The notes: a model not told the origin generated them from the letters alone. Shown: positions 7,477 to 17,857, counted from the first letter of the stretch. The stretch is DNA of 64,000 nt from an uncultured Methylophilus sp. (GCA_965249075.1 CBDFLF010000001.1:693017-757016); one strand, 5' to 3'. Numbers and translations are program-made.

Positions 7477-8778
7477 CTACCTTGTACCAGGAATCAAAGC
7501 CAATACATCATTAATCGGCATCAAACTACTATCCACCTCGGCAGAACGGCCATTACGCAAAATCTCGCGAGCCACATGTTGCATGGCAGGGTAAGCAGCG
7601 CGTAATAAATGGTTGGCATAAATCACCAAATTAAAGCCATGCTCTGCCAACTCATCCTCGGTAGACTGACTGTAACTAGTCGGCACACACACCAAAGGCA
7701 CGTCAGGAAACTCGTCTTTAAAAGTATCGGCAAACTCATACACTTCAGCAGGCGATTTTTGGCGACTATGAATCATAATGCCGTCAACGCCTGCGCCCAC
7801 ATAGGCTTGCGCACGGGTAATGGCATCTTTCATGCCTTTTTCCAAAATCAGGCTCTCAATACGCGCAATCACCATAAAATCTTCGCTTACGCGGGCCGCG
7901 CGACCAGCAATAATCTTGTCGCAAAATGGCTCAATATCATCTTGCAACTGCGCCACCTCATTGCCAAATAAAGAATTCTTTTTTAAGCCTATCTTGTCTT
8001 CAATAATGGTCGCCGAAATCCCTAAACGCTCCATACTGCGCACGTTCAGTTCAAAATGTTCTAACTTGCCACCTGTATCTGCATCCATGATGAGCGGTTT
8101 GGTGGTCACATCAAAAATATCATTAATATTCGAAAGACGACTATTGATTTCCACCGCCTCAATATCAGGCTTCCCACGCGCCGTTGAATCAGTCAGTGAG
8201 CTCGACCAAAAGCCATCAAACTGGCAAGTTTTACCATTACGCTCCGCCGTCACATGCTCGGCAATCAAAGCAGAAATAGGGTTATGCGCTTCGATAAAGC
8301 GTGAAATCGGTTTAGCGGCGAGCAAACGTTTTAATGTGCGACGACGAATATCGGGCGTGGTGCCCAAAGCCTGCATTTGCCCGAGCATTTCGTTAGAAGA
8401 CACCCCACGTGTATAAGGAATCTCAATCAAATGACCGCCATACTCAGACAAAGCCTCACGCGCGCGCTCACGATAAGGCAACAACGGGCCATCTAACCAA
8501 TCGTCACCATGCACCATAATGTCAGGTTTGTATTTGCGTAAATTAGGCGCGTAATCCCATTCATCTTGTGGCACGACGTTCACCACCCCACGAATATTTT
8601 CAACAATGTGTTTACGATGCTCAAAGCTGAGATAAGGCAAACGCTTGTGGTCAGCCACGGCGGCATCTGAAAGCAAGCCTATCGTCACCTCGCCATACTT
8701 GCGTGCTTGCTCAATGATATTAATATGCCCATGGTGAAGAATATCCATGGTCATGCCCACATAAACAGAATTCGTCAT
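7477..8778 (-). CDS. aepX: Phosphoenolpyruvate mutase with N-terminal cytidylyltransferase domain
   Basis: Diagnostic PepM motif EDKIGLKKNS (EDKxxxxxNS), plus EAHNPISA, WSSSLTDS, DADTGG and ARIESLI. The N-terminal ~130 aa carry DILHHGH and VHGDDW. Confidence 0.98.
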   Translation of the reverse strand: MTNSVYVGMTMDILHHGHINIIEQARKYGEVTIGLLSDAAVADHKRLPYLSFEHRKHIVENIRGVVNVVPQDEWDYAPNLRKYKPDIMVHGDDWLDGPLLPYRERAREALSEYGGHLIEIPYTRGVSSNEMLGQMQALGTTPDIRRRTLKRLLAAKPISRFIEAHNPISALIAEHVTAERNGKTCQFDGFWSSSLTDSTARGKPDIEAVEINSRLSNINDIFDVTTKPLIMDADTGGKLEHFELNVRSMERLGISATIIEDKIGLKKNSLFGNEVAQLQDDIEPFCDKIIAGRAARVSEDFMVIARIESLILEKGMKDAITRAQAYVGAGVDGIMIHSRQKSPAEVYEFADTFKDEFPDVPLVCVPTSYSQSTEDELAEHGFNLVIYANHLLRAAYPAMQHVAREILRNGRSAEVDSSLMPINDVLALIPGTR

Positions 8779-8943
8779 CTGCCCGACCTTTCCTTACAAT
8801 CGGCTTTAAAACAAAGCCTATGATTGATATTTGGAATAATTATGGGCTATGAGGCTAGAGATAGATTGCGCAAATAAAGCAAGAAAAGTGGCTTATATCA
8901 GACACCAGCGTATCACAACAATTATCGCCAGAAATAGCACAAC

Positions 8944-8967
8944 AAAAAACCCGCCGAAGCGGGTTTT
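8944..8967 (-). terminator. Intrinsic terminator of the FKBP gene
   Basis: Minus strand reads AAAACCCGC-TTCG-GCGGGTTTTTT, 26 nt past the stop at 8994. Confidence 0.85.
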
Positions 8968-8993
8968 AGTCTGATTAAAATAGATATACGGTA

Positions 8994-9620
8994 TTACTCA
9001 ATATCTAACAACTCAACCTCAAACACCAAGGTCGCATCCGCGCCAATCACAGGGCCACTACCACGCTCGCCATAAGCCAAATCAGAAGGAATCGCCAATT
9101 CAAATTTACTGCCAACGCTCATCAACTGCAAACCTTCCACCCAACCTGCAATCACGCCAGTCACAGGGAAAACAATCGGCTCACCACGGTCATAAGAGCT
9201 ATCAAACACGGTGCCATCAATCAACGTGCCTTTGTAATGCACTTTTACGCGATCATTTTTGCTAGGTTTTGCGCCGTCACCAGCCACAAGCTCTTTATAC
9301 TGCAAACCACTGGCTGTGGTAATCACACCTTCTTTTTTAGCATTCTCAGCCAAGTAAGCCTCGCCTGCCGCTTTATTTTTAGCCGATTGCTCAGCCTGCA
9401 CCGCCATTTGGCGATCTTGGCTTTCTTTTTGCACTTGCTCAACGGTGCTACGTTTTTCAGCGTCAGACAAACGTGACGGATTACCCGCCATCACATCGTT
9501 AATCGCCAACACAATCGCGTCCGTGTCTAACTCAAGCCCATCATCCTTAAGTTGATGCGCCATGTTTTCACCCACGATATAACTTAAGCGTTGGGTTAAG
9601 GTATCTAATGCAGTCGTCAT
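8994..9620 (-). CDS. FKBP-type peptidyl-prolyl isomerase with N-terminal dimerisation domain (FklB/Mip-like)
   Basis: LSYIVG, TTASGLQY, VHYKGTLIDGTVFDSSYDRGEP, VIAGWVEGLQLM, IPSDLAYG, LVFEVELL. Confidence 0.95.
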   Translation of the reverse strand: MTTALDTLTQRLSYIVGENMAHQLKDDGLELDTDAIVLAINDVMAGNPSRLSDAEKRSTVEQVQKESQDRQMAVQAEQSAKNKAAGEAYLAENAKKEGVITTASGLQYKELVAGDGAKPSKNDRVKVHYKGTLIDGTVFDSSYDRGEPIVFPVTGVIAGWVEGLQLMSVGSKFELAIPSDLAYGERGSGPVIGADATLVFEVELLDIE

Positions 9621-9744
9621 GTATTTTACTTTCGTTGTTTAAGTTGGAAATGGAAAACGCGACATTATGAAGCAGATTGCGAGATAAAACAAAACCTGCC
9701 GTGGTGGGTATTGGCTGAGATGCAGAACTTAAACTCAGCGCTTA

Positions 9745-10056
9745 TTATTTTTCATGTTTTTTTCTAGATTCTGCCTCTATGGCTCGTAAACTGTAATTTG
9801 ATTCTGTCGGTTCCTTTGATTTTCGATTTAAGAAAGCATAAATCAATAATGCAGGCACTAGGCCAAACAAACCAAATAACAACCATAAAAAACCGCCCAT
9901 CTGACCTGCAGCAAGGACAGGGCCTATGGCGCCACAAGCAGAGGATGCACCAGCACCCTCGTCAACGGTACAGCCCGGAATTAATGCAGCAATCCCAAAA
10001 GATAAAAGCATGATACAAAAGGGCAGTAAAAGTGCAAGGTAATAATATAGTCGCAT
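9745..10056 (-). CDS. Small hypothetical two-TM membrane protein
   Basis: Two hydrophobic segments flank the loop PGCTVDEGAGASSACG; basic/charged C-terminus. GAAGAA purine run upstream. No family recognised. Confidence 0.6.
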   Translation of the reverse strand: MRLYYYLALLLPFCIMLLSFGIAALIPGCTVDEGAGASSACGAIGPVLAAGQMGGFLWLLFGLFGLVPALLIYAFLNRKSKEPTESNYSLRAIEAESRKKHEK

Positions 10057-10113
10057 ATCATTCTTTTCTTCAAAAAACCCATCGTAAATGACGCCTCAAG
10101 TTACGTCAAACAG

Positions 10114-10144
10114 AAAAACCCGCCGAAGCGGGTTTTGTTTTTTT
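10114..10144 (-). terminator. Intrinsic terminator downstream of groEL (potentially bidirectional)
   Basis: AAAAACCCGC-CGAA-GCGGGTTTT with T runs in both orientations. Confidence 0.8.
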
Positions 10145-10161
10145 AAACGCCGGTTAGGACG

Positions 10162-10265
10162 TTTTGCGTTAAGCAGGAAAGTGAGACAAGGCGCCTATCC
10201 GAAGACAATACATTAAGTATGGCAAGGATAGGCAACGCCGTATCACTGAACTGCTTGATGCAAAA
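10162..10265. repeat. ~104 bp long imperfect palindrome (ERIC/MITE-like) in the groEL 3' UTR
   Basis: Arms TTTTGCGTTAAGCAG (10162-10176) and CTGCTTGATGCAAAA (10251-10265) pair at 13/15. Nested stems AGTGA/TCACT, GGCG/CGCC, CCTATCC/GGATAGG, ATAC/GTAT. Confidence 0.6.
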
Positions 10266-10267
10266 AA

Positions 10268-11905
<1,638 letters not shown>

Positions 11906-11963
11906 TTAAATTCTCCTAAATTCTTATAACTTTTGATTGAATTTTTAAATTGAATAATTTGAA

Positions 11964-12251
11964 TTATTCAACAATCGCCATGATGTCTTCTTCACGCATG
12001 ACTAATAATTCCTCACCGTCAACTTTAACGGTTTGGCCTGCGTATTTGCCAAACAACACTTTGTCGCCAACTTTTACGTCTAGCGGAATCAATTTACCGC
12101 TGTCATCTTTTTTACCGTTACCCACGGCTTGCACCACACCTTGATCTGGCTTTTCAGTCGCGCTGTCTGGGATTACAATGCCAGAGGCTGTTGTGCGCTC
12201 TTCTGCTGCGCGTTTAACAATCACACGGTCGTGTAATGGACGAATTTTCAT
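11964..12251 (-). CDS. groES: Co-chaperonin GroES
   Basis: [38 protein letters not shown]. Confidence 0.99.
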   Translation of the reverse strand: MKIRPLHDRVIVKRAAEERTTASGIVIPDSATEKPDQGVVQAVGNGKKDDSGKLIPLDVKVGDKVLFGKYAGQTVKVDGEELLVMREEDIMAIVE

Positions 12252-12314
12252 TAGTTTCTCCTTAGTGTATGCTTAAACTATTAATATGTCGTTTAAAGTA
12301 AATGGTGCGAGATT

Positions 12315-12341
12315 TTAGCACTCTCCCACCTCGATTGCTAA
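12315..12341. promoter_or_regulatory. CIRCE element (HrcA operator)
   Basis: TTAGCACTC-N9-GATTGCTAA has one mismatch to TTAGCACTC-N9-GAGTGCTAA and lies upstream of groES. Confidence 0.9.
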
Positions 12342-12369
12342 CATTGGGATGATGCAATCCAATTTCAAG
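12341..12369 (-). promoter_or_regulatory. Sigma32 (RpoH)-type heat-shock promoter for groESL
   Basis: Minus strand CTTGAAA-14 nt-CCCAATGT versus consensus CTTGAAA-N13-17-CCCCATNT. Confidence 0.8.
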
Positions 12370-12399
12370 CGCTTGTTTGCAATTTTTTAGGAAAAAATT

Positions 12400-12963
12400 T
12401 TGGAACAATCCATACAACAACTGAATTTAGGCTATCACGCTGCGCAAGACCGCATGCTACTCAAAGCAGGCGTGGGCGAGACGCAAGAAGTGCAATTGTG
12501 GATTACGTTTCGGATTGCGCGTTTTTTGTTTGCGATTTTAAACAATGATGCCCACTTGCCTGTGGCCGTCCCTGCCCCAACCGAAAACCCAACGCAAGCG
12601 GTTGAGCAATTTGCGCAAGAGGCGCAAGCGATGGAAGCCTTAAAAAGCTTGGATTTTGAAACCGCTTACCAAGCCGAGCGTAAACCATTGATAGAAGCAG
12701 AAGAGTTATTGGTGACCGAGTTACACGTTGAACAAATCGAGCATGTGGAGCAGGGAACCAAAAGTCTGAAATCGCTCAAACTACAATGTGCCAATGGATT
12801 CAGCATACAACTCAATCTTTCAACCGAGTTGGTATTGGCCTTGGCTAACATGCTACAACTTGCGGCCAAAGATGCGCAATGGCCATTGGCTGGCGTGGCT
12901 GCGCCAACCGCCACCAGCGCATTTGTGATGGCAGAGCCCGCCAATAAACAGGTTTTACATTAA
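12400..12963 (+). CDS. Hypothetical protein
   Basis: 187-aa ORF with TTG start preceded by AGGA. Stop overlaps the next gene's ATG (TAATG), implying translational coupling. Confidence 0.75.
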   Translation: MEQSIQQLNLGYHAAQDRMLLKAGVGETQEVQLWITFRIARFLFAILNNDAHLPVAVPAPTENPTQAVEQFAQEAQAMEALKSLDFETAYQAERKPLIEAEELLVTELHVEQIEHVEQGTKSLKSLKLQCANGFSIQLNLSTELVLALANMLQLAAKDAQWPLAGVAAPTATSAFVMAEPANKQVLH

Positions 12964-14021
12964 TGGAATTTATCACGCTAGGCCACACCGACATTCGAGT
13001 CTCAAAAATCTGCTTGGGCACCATGACCTATGGTGACCAAAACACCCAACAAGATGCCAATAATCAGCTCGACTATGCGCTCAGTCAGGGCATCAACTTT
13101 ATTGATACCGCTGAAATGTACCCTGTGCCACCCAAAGCGGAAACCGTCACGCGTACCGAGACCATATTAGGAAATTGGATTAAAACCAAACCGCGCGATA
13201 GTTTTGTACTTGCCAGCAAAGTTGCTGGCCCGCGCCGTGGCATGCATTGGATACGCGGTGGACCCAGTGCGTTAGATAGAGACAACATTCGCAGTGCGGT
13301 GCACGACAGTTTGCAACGTCTGCAAACGGATTACTTGGATGTGTTTTATCTACATTGGCCTGAGCGCAATGTGCCAATGTTTGGGCAATATCAATTTGAC
13401 CCCAAGGCCGAGTTAGACCAAGACGGCAACCCCATAGAATGGGTGAGCGTACAAACGCAGTTGCAAGTGCTGGATGAATTAATTAAAGAAGGCAAAATCC
13501 GCTCGATTGGTTTAAGCAACGAACAACCTTGGGGCGTGATGGAATTTTTGCGTATTGCCAAAGAACACAATCTCCCGCGTATTGTGGCCTTGCAAAACTG
13601 CTACAACCTCATGAACCGTGGCATGGAATTTGGCATGGCTGAGATTTTGTACCGCGAAGGCATTAGTCTTAACGCCTACTCCCCCTTGGCATTTGGGCAC
13701 CTCACGGGCAAATATATCGACAACCCCAACGCCGTTGGGCGCGTCACCCAATTTTTAGGTTATGCGCAACGCTACAAAAAGCCTGGCGTGCCACTCGCTA
13801 GCAAACGTTATGCAGAACTCGCCCGCGCCCATGGCATGAGCCCAACACAACTCGCGCTCAGCTTTGTCTACCACCGTTGGTTTGTGAGTAGCACTATCAT
13901 CGGCGCGACCACCATGAACCAACTGGCAGAAAACGTCTCGGCTTATTTTGTTAAACTCAGCGACGAGGTACTGGCGGAAATCGAACAAATTCACCTCACC
14001 ATGATGAATCCTGCGCCTTAA
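12963..14021 (+). CDS. Aldo/keto reductase (Tas-like)
   Basis: VSKICLGTMTYG, GINFIDTAEMY, SLQRLQTDYLD, YLHWP, IGLSNE, QNCYNL, YSPLAFG, IIGAT. Confidence 0.93.
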   Translation: MEFITLGHTDIRVSKICLGTMTYGDQNTQQDANNQLDYALSQGINFIDTAEMYPVPPKAETVTRTETILGNWIKTKPRDSFVLASKVAGPRRGMHWIRGGPSALDRDNIRSAVHDSLQRLQTDYLDVFYLHWPERNVPMFGQYQFDPKAELDQDGNPIEWVSVQTQLQVLDELIKEGKIRSIGLSNEQPWGVMEFLRIAKEHNLPRIVALQNCYNLMNRGMEFGMAEILYREGISLNAYSPLAFGHLTGKYIDNPNAVGRVTQFLGYAQRYKKPGVPLASKRYAELARAHGMSPTQLALSFVYHRWFVSSTIIGATTMNQLAENVSAYFVKLSDEVLAEIEQIHLTMMNPAP

Positions 14022-14105
14022 GGCTTCATCAGCCTAGCCAGAAATGTGACCTAGACGGCATAACCATGTAAAATATAGGGTTTTAGCATATTTAGAAGGC
14101 GCCTT

Positions 14106-14447
14106 ATGTCATCACTCCCACCCTGCCCGCAATGCAATTCTGAATACACCTATGAAGATGGTGACAACTACGTTTGCCCCGAGTGCGCACACGAGTGGCC
14201 TAAAACCGCCAGTGCCAACAGCGAAGAAACGAGCAAAGTGGTGCGTGATGCCAATGGCAATATATTGCAAGATGGCGACACGATTACCGTCATTAAAGAC
14301 CTCAAGGTTAAAGGTTCCTCTTCGGTGGTCAAAGTCGGCACAAAAGTCAAAAATATACGATTAGTGGATGGCGACCACGATATTGACTGCAAAATAGAGG
14401 GTTTTGGCGCGATGAAACTCAAGTCTGAGTTTGTGAAAAAGGCTTGA
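14106..14447 (+). CDS. Zinc-ribbon protein YjdM (historically called PhnA)
   Basis: CPQC...CPEC zinc ribbon, [34 protein letters not shown]. Confidence 0.92.
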   Translation: MSSLPPCPQCNSEYTYEDGDNYVCPECAHEWPKTASANSEETSKVVRDANGNILQDGDTITVIKDLKVKGSSSVVKVGTKVKNIRLVDGDHDIDCKIEGFGAMKLKSEFVKKA

Positions 14448-14738
14448 TTGACTTACTATTTCACTCAAATTTAGCGCAATTTAGGGCATAAAACACAAAA
14501 GCCCTAAATAAAAATGGAATTATTAAAAGATATTGCTTGCTTATATCGTTACTATCCCCCATAGTGTAGCTTGCGATTTTAAAGTAATGTTGTTGCTGTT
14601 TGATTTTGTACCCGTTGTTTCATGGTTTTCCACTAATTTAAGTGATTTCCTGAAGGTATTTTTCATCACCCCTTCTGCTTTGAGTTTCGCTCACAAGGGA
14701 AATCCCTTTTTATTAGTTTATTTTTTTAAGGATATAAC

Positions 14739-14945
14739 ATGGCAATTGGAACAGTTAAATGGTTTAACGATGCAAAAGGTTTTGGTTTTATTACGCCTGA
14801 AGATGGCGGCCAAGATTTGTTCGCTCACTTCTCAGCTATTCAAGCTTCTGGTTTCAAAACATTAAAAGAAAACCAACGCGTAAGCTACGATGTGACAACA
14901 GGCCCAAAAGGTCAACAAGCATCAAACATTCGCGAAGCCGAATAA
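14739..14945 (+). CDS. Cold-shock protein (CspA family)
   Basis: [15 protein letters not shown] (RNP1), LFAHFSAI (RNP2), GPKG. Confidence 0.96.
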   Translation: MAIGTVKWFNDAKGFGFITPEDGGQDLFAHFSAIQASGFKTLKENQRVSYDVTTGPKGQQASNIREAE

Positions 14946-14981
14946 TAAGTCTTTTGCCTACTTGGTAGGCATGGCTTAAAC

Positions 14982-15016
14982 AAAGCCCTAGGCGTCAAAA
15001 CCCCTAGGGTTTTTTT
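14982..15016 (+). terminator. Intrinsic terminator after the csp gene
   Basis: CCCTAGG(14986-14992)/CCTAGGG(15003-15009) followed by T7. Confidence 0.75.
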
Positions 15017-15046
15017 ATTGGATGCAAGCAAGTTGAGGAGAAGCTT

Positions 15047-15310
15047 TTGGCTAAAGAAGAATTGATTGAAATGAACGGGACGATTTTAGAAGTATTGCCC
15101 GATTCACGTTTTAAAGTGACTTTGGAAAATGGTCACGAGATTGTGGCTTACACAGGCGGTAAAATGCGCAAAAACCACATTCGTATTTTGGCGGGCGACA
15201 AAGTCACGCTGGAAATGTCACCTTACGACTTTAGCAAAGGTCGTATTATGTTTAGACATTTGGAAAAACGCGTGGGCGGCCCTGCACCACAACAAAAACG
15301 CAGATTCTAG
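15047..15310 (+). CDS. infA: Translation initiation factor IF-1 (extended, paralog-type copy)
   Basis: [39 protein letters not shown] start with GAGGAG RBS. Basic C-terminal extension. Confidence 0.92.
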   Translation: MAKEELIEMNGTILEVLPDSRFKVTLENGHEIVAYTGGKMRKNHIRILAGDKVTLEMSPYDFSKGRIMFRHLEKRVGGPAPQQKRRF

Positions 15311-15349
15311 AAAAGCAGTCTTTACTTGATGACCTTCGCCGAGTAAACC

Positions 15350-15835
15350 ATGCTGATTGCGATTGCCGTTTTATTATTGTTGAGTTTAACGCTGGCAGCA
15401 CTGATAGGCGTAGCAAGTGCCAACCTCGGCATAGAGCGCAATAGTTTAAAAATGAGTTTTTTGGTGTTTGTGCTCACTTACCTTAGTGCTTACGCCTACC
15501 ATCTATTTATCACACAACAATTACAGTTAAATCAAACGCTATCCATCCGTCTTTTTGCAGGGTTATCCACTCTGCTTGCCACGCTAGGCCTGTTGGTCAA
15601 AAGACGTTCGTCGAATAATCATGCGCCCGCTTCCAACTTTGTGGGGGTGAGTCGCGCCATGATTTCTGGCTTGATGTTGTGTTTACTGACGATAGTGTTT
15701 ATCAGCACACCCATAGACCAGTTTTTTCAGAATCTTAAACAAAATATCAGCCATCTGTTTGAAGCTGAATCCAATGGTGAAGACAACTACGAGCAAGCAC
15801 TCACGCCTAGCGAATCGAACTTAGAGAGCGATTAG
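15350..15835 (+). CDS. Hypothetical multi-pass membrane protein
   Basis: About four hydrophobic segments and an acidic tail. Converges on the U32 gene with a 4-nt overlap. Confidence 0.65.
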   Translation: MLIAIAVLLLLSLTLAALIGVASANLGIERNSLKMSFLVFVLTYLSAYAYHLFITQQLQLNQTLSIRLFAGLSTLLATLGLLVKRRSSNNHAPASNFVGVSRAMISGLMLCLLTIVFISTPIDQFFQNLKQNISHLFEAESNGEDNYEQALTPSESNLESD

Positions 15836-17751
15836 GCAGGCCGCTTTTCAAAAAACGTAATCGGTTGTGGCGGTGGCAAGTTAAGAATATTCTTCCGCAC
15901 TTTGCCCATCACGTGCATCTCACACGGTTTGCAATCAAATTTAAGCGTGTAGCGGTCATTGCCGCTAATCAGCGTCATCGGTTCTGCCGTCACAGTGCCT
16001 TGCACACCAATCACGCCTTTGGCTTCTTTGGGGCACAAGCCGTGACTAAAACGCAAACAATGTTTGGTAATCATCACAGGCACTTCGCCTAACTCTTCAT
16101 TAGCTTCATAGGCTTTGGCAATGAGCTTCACCCCATGTTTTTGGTAAAACGCATGGGCTTTTTTGTTATAGACGTTAGCGAGATAACTTAAGCTATCATC
16201 GGGGTAAATAGCGGGCGGTTCCACAGCTGGACGTAAAGCAGGACGCTCATAGCCGTGCGCACGCACATCGATTAGTTGCTCAATGGCCTCTCGGCGCAGG
16301 TTGTTGACCACTGAGGCAGGTACAAACCAAGCTTGCGCGATTTCCAAATGTACTTCTTTGGTTGTAAAGTCGGTATTCCCCAATTTACTTAAATTTTCTT
16401 TCAAACTTGTTTCGGCTTTGGCTGTGTCATTGGCGACTTGTTTTTCGGCTTCGCATTGCACAGTCGCGCTCAAATCTTGCTCATCGGTCACGGTCAAGGC
16501 AAAGCCATCACGGGTTTCATAAAACACCATTGTCACAGCTATTTTGCGGGTAGCAGAATCTTTCTCCAGCAAACGCATAAACGCGTGGTCGCGGTTGCGG
16601 TAGAGCATGGTGTTGTTGCGAATATCGGCAGGCATTTCATTGGGGAAGAGCTTGTTGCCTTGCACGGTATTCACGCGCAACCCCACTAGCTCTTTATGCA
16701 CATCAAAAAAGCACACGCCATCGCCATTGTGCAATTCAACATCTGTCGCGACTTCAATAAAACCTTTACCAACCTTGGTGACTTTACCCAACTCTTCACC
16801 CGCAAATTTAGGCGTATCAAACGCGCCAATATCGGCTTGTCTACCATTGGCAAAATAATCGGTCGCACTGCGGTTAAAGGTTTTTTCGGGTTGCGGAGTG
16901 AAGGTGTACGTGGCATGGCCAGCAGAAGATTTCGCCAAATCTGGACGCTCCTCTAAAATCTCATCCAGCAATAAACGGTAATGTGCAGTGGCGTTTTTCA
17001 CATAAGGCAAATCTTTGTAGCGACCTTCAATTTTAAAACTGCTCACCCCTGCATCAATCAAAGCGCGTAAATTGGCGCTTTGGTCATTGTCTTTCATGGA
17101 GAGGTAATGTTTGTCTTTACCGATGATGCGGCCTTTTTGGTCTTCTAGCGTGTAAGGCAAACGGCATTCTTGCGAGCATTCGCCACGGTTGGCGCTACGC
17201 CCCGTGTGCGCATGGCTGATAAAACATTGTCCGCTAAACGCCACGCATAATGCGCCATGAATAAAGTATTCCAAATTCGCCGTCGTGTTGTCGGCAATTT
17301 GTTTCACTGTGCGTATGTCTAATTCACGCGCCAATACCAGTTGGCTAAAGCCCACCTGGTCTAAAAACTGCGCTTTTTCCACGGTGCGAATATCGGTTTG
17401 CGTGCTAGCGTGGAGTTGGATAGGTGGTAAATCCATCTCCAGCAAACCCATGTCTTGCACAATCAGTGCGTCCACGCCCCCATCGTAAAGTTGATGCGCC
17501 AACTGGCGCACACCGTCTAACTCGTTGTCATGAAAAATGGTGTTCAATGCAACAAATACTTCAGCATGGTAACGGTGGGCATGAGCGACCAAGCGTGCAA
17601 TATCTTGCACCGTATTCGGCGCTTTGGCACGCGCACCGAAGGCAGGGCCGCCAATATAGACAGCATCTGCGCCGTGATGAATGGCCTCAATGCCGAAATC
17701 AGCATTTTTAGCGGGAGCGAGTAGTTCGAGGTGTTTACGGGTTTTTTGCAT
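15832..17751 (-). CDS. U32-family protein, RlhA-like (23S rRNA hydroxylation) with long C-terminal extension
   Basis: LELLAPA, GADAVYIG, HASTQ, LARE, HGALCVAFSGQC, NRGECSQECR (Fe-S cysteines), SFKIEGR. Confidence 0.88.
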   Translation of the reverse strand: MQKTRKHLELLAPAKNADFGIEAIHHGADAVYIGGPAFGARAKAPNTVQDIARLVAHAHRYHAEVFVALNTIFHDNELDGVRQLAHQLYDGGVDALIVQDMGLLEMDLPPIQLHASTQTDIRTVEKAQFLDQVGFSQLVLARELDIRTVKQIADNTTANLEYFIHGALCVAFSGQCFISHAHTGRSANRGECSQECRLPYTLEDQKGRIIGKDKHYLSMKDNDQSANLRALIDAGVSSFKIEGRYKDLPYVKNATAHYRLLLDEILEERPDLAKSSAGHATYTFTPQPEKTFNRSATDYFANGRQADIGAFDTPKFAGEELGKVTKVGKGFIEVATDVELHNGDGVCFFDVHKELVGLRVNTVQGNKLFPNEMPADIRNNTMLYRNRDHAFMRLLEKDSATRKIAVTMVFYETRDGFALTVTDEQDLSATVQCEAEKQVANDTAKAETSLKENLSKLGNTDFTTKEVHLEIAQAWFVPASVVNNLRREAIEQLIDVRAHGYERPALRPAVEPPAIYPDDSLSYLANVYNKKAHAFYQKHGVKLIAKAYEANEELGEVPVMITKHCLRFSHGLCPKEAKGVIGVQGTVTAEPMTLISGNDRYTLKFDCKPCEMHVMGKVRKNILNLPPPQPITFFEKRPA

Positions 17752-17857
17752 GGGCAGGGGACTGGTGACTGGGTAACAAATTGATTTAAGACGCTATTTT
17801 ACCCCATGCGCCTACAATCGCTATTGGGATTGTCGAAAAACATCGTACAATTTCATT

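Noticed and set aside
14106-14447. PhnA/YjdM gene ~5 kb from the phosphonate operon as part of phosphonate metabolism
   Set aside because: This is the small zinc-ribbon YjdM family, whose PhnA name is historical. It is not phosphonoacetate hydrolase and is separated from the operon by FKBP and groESL.
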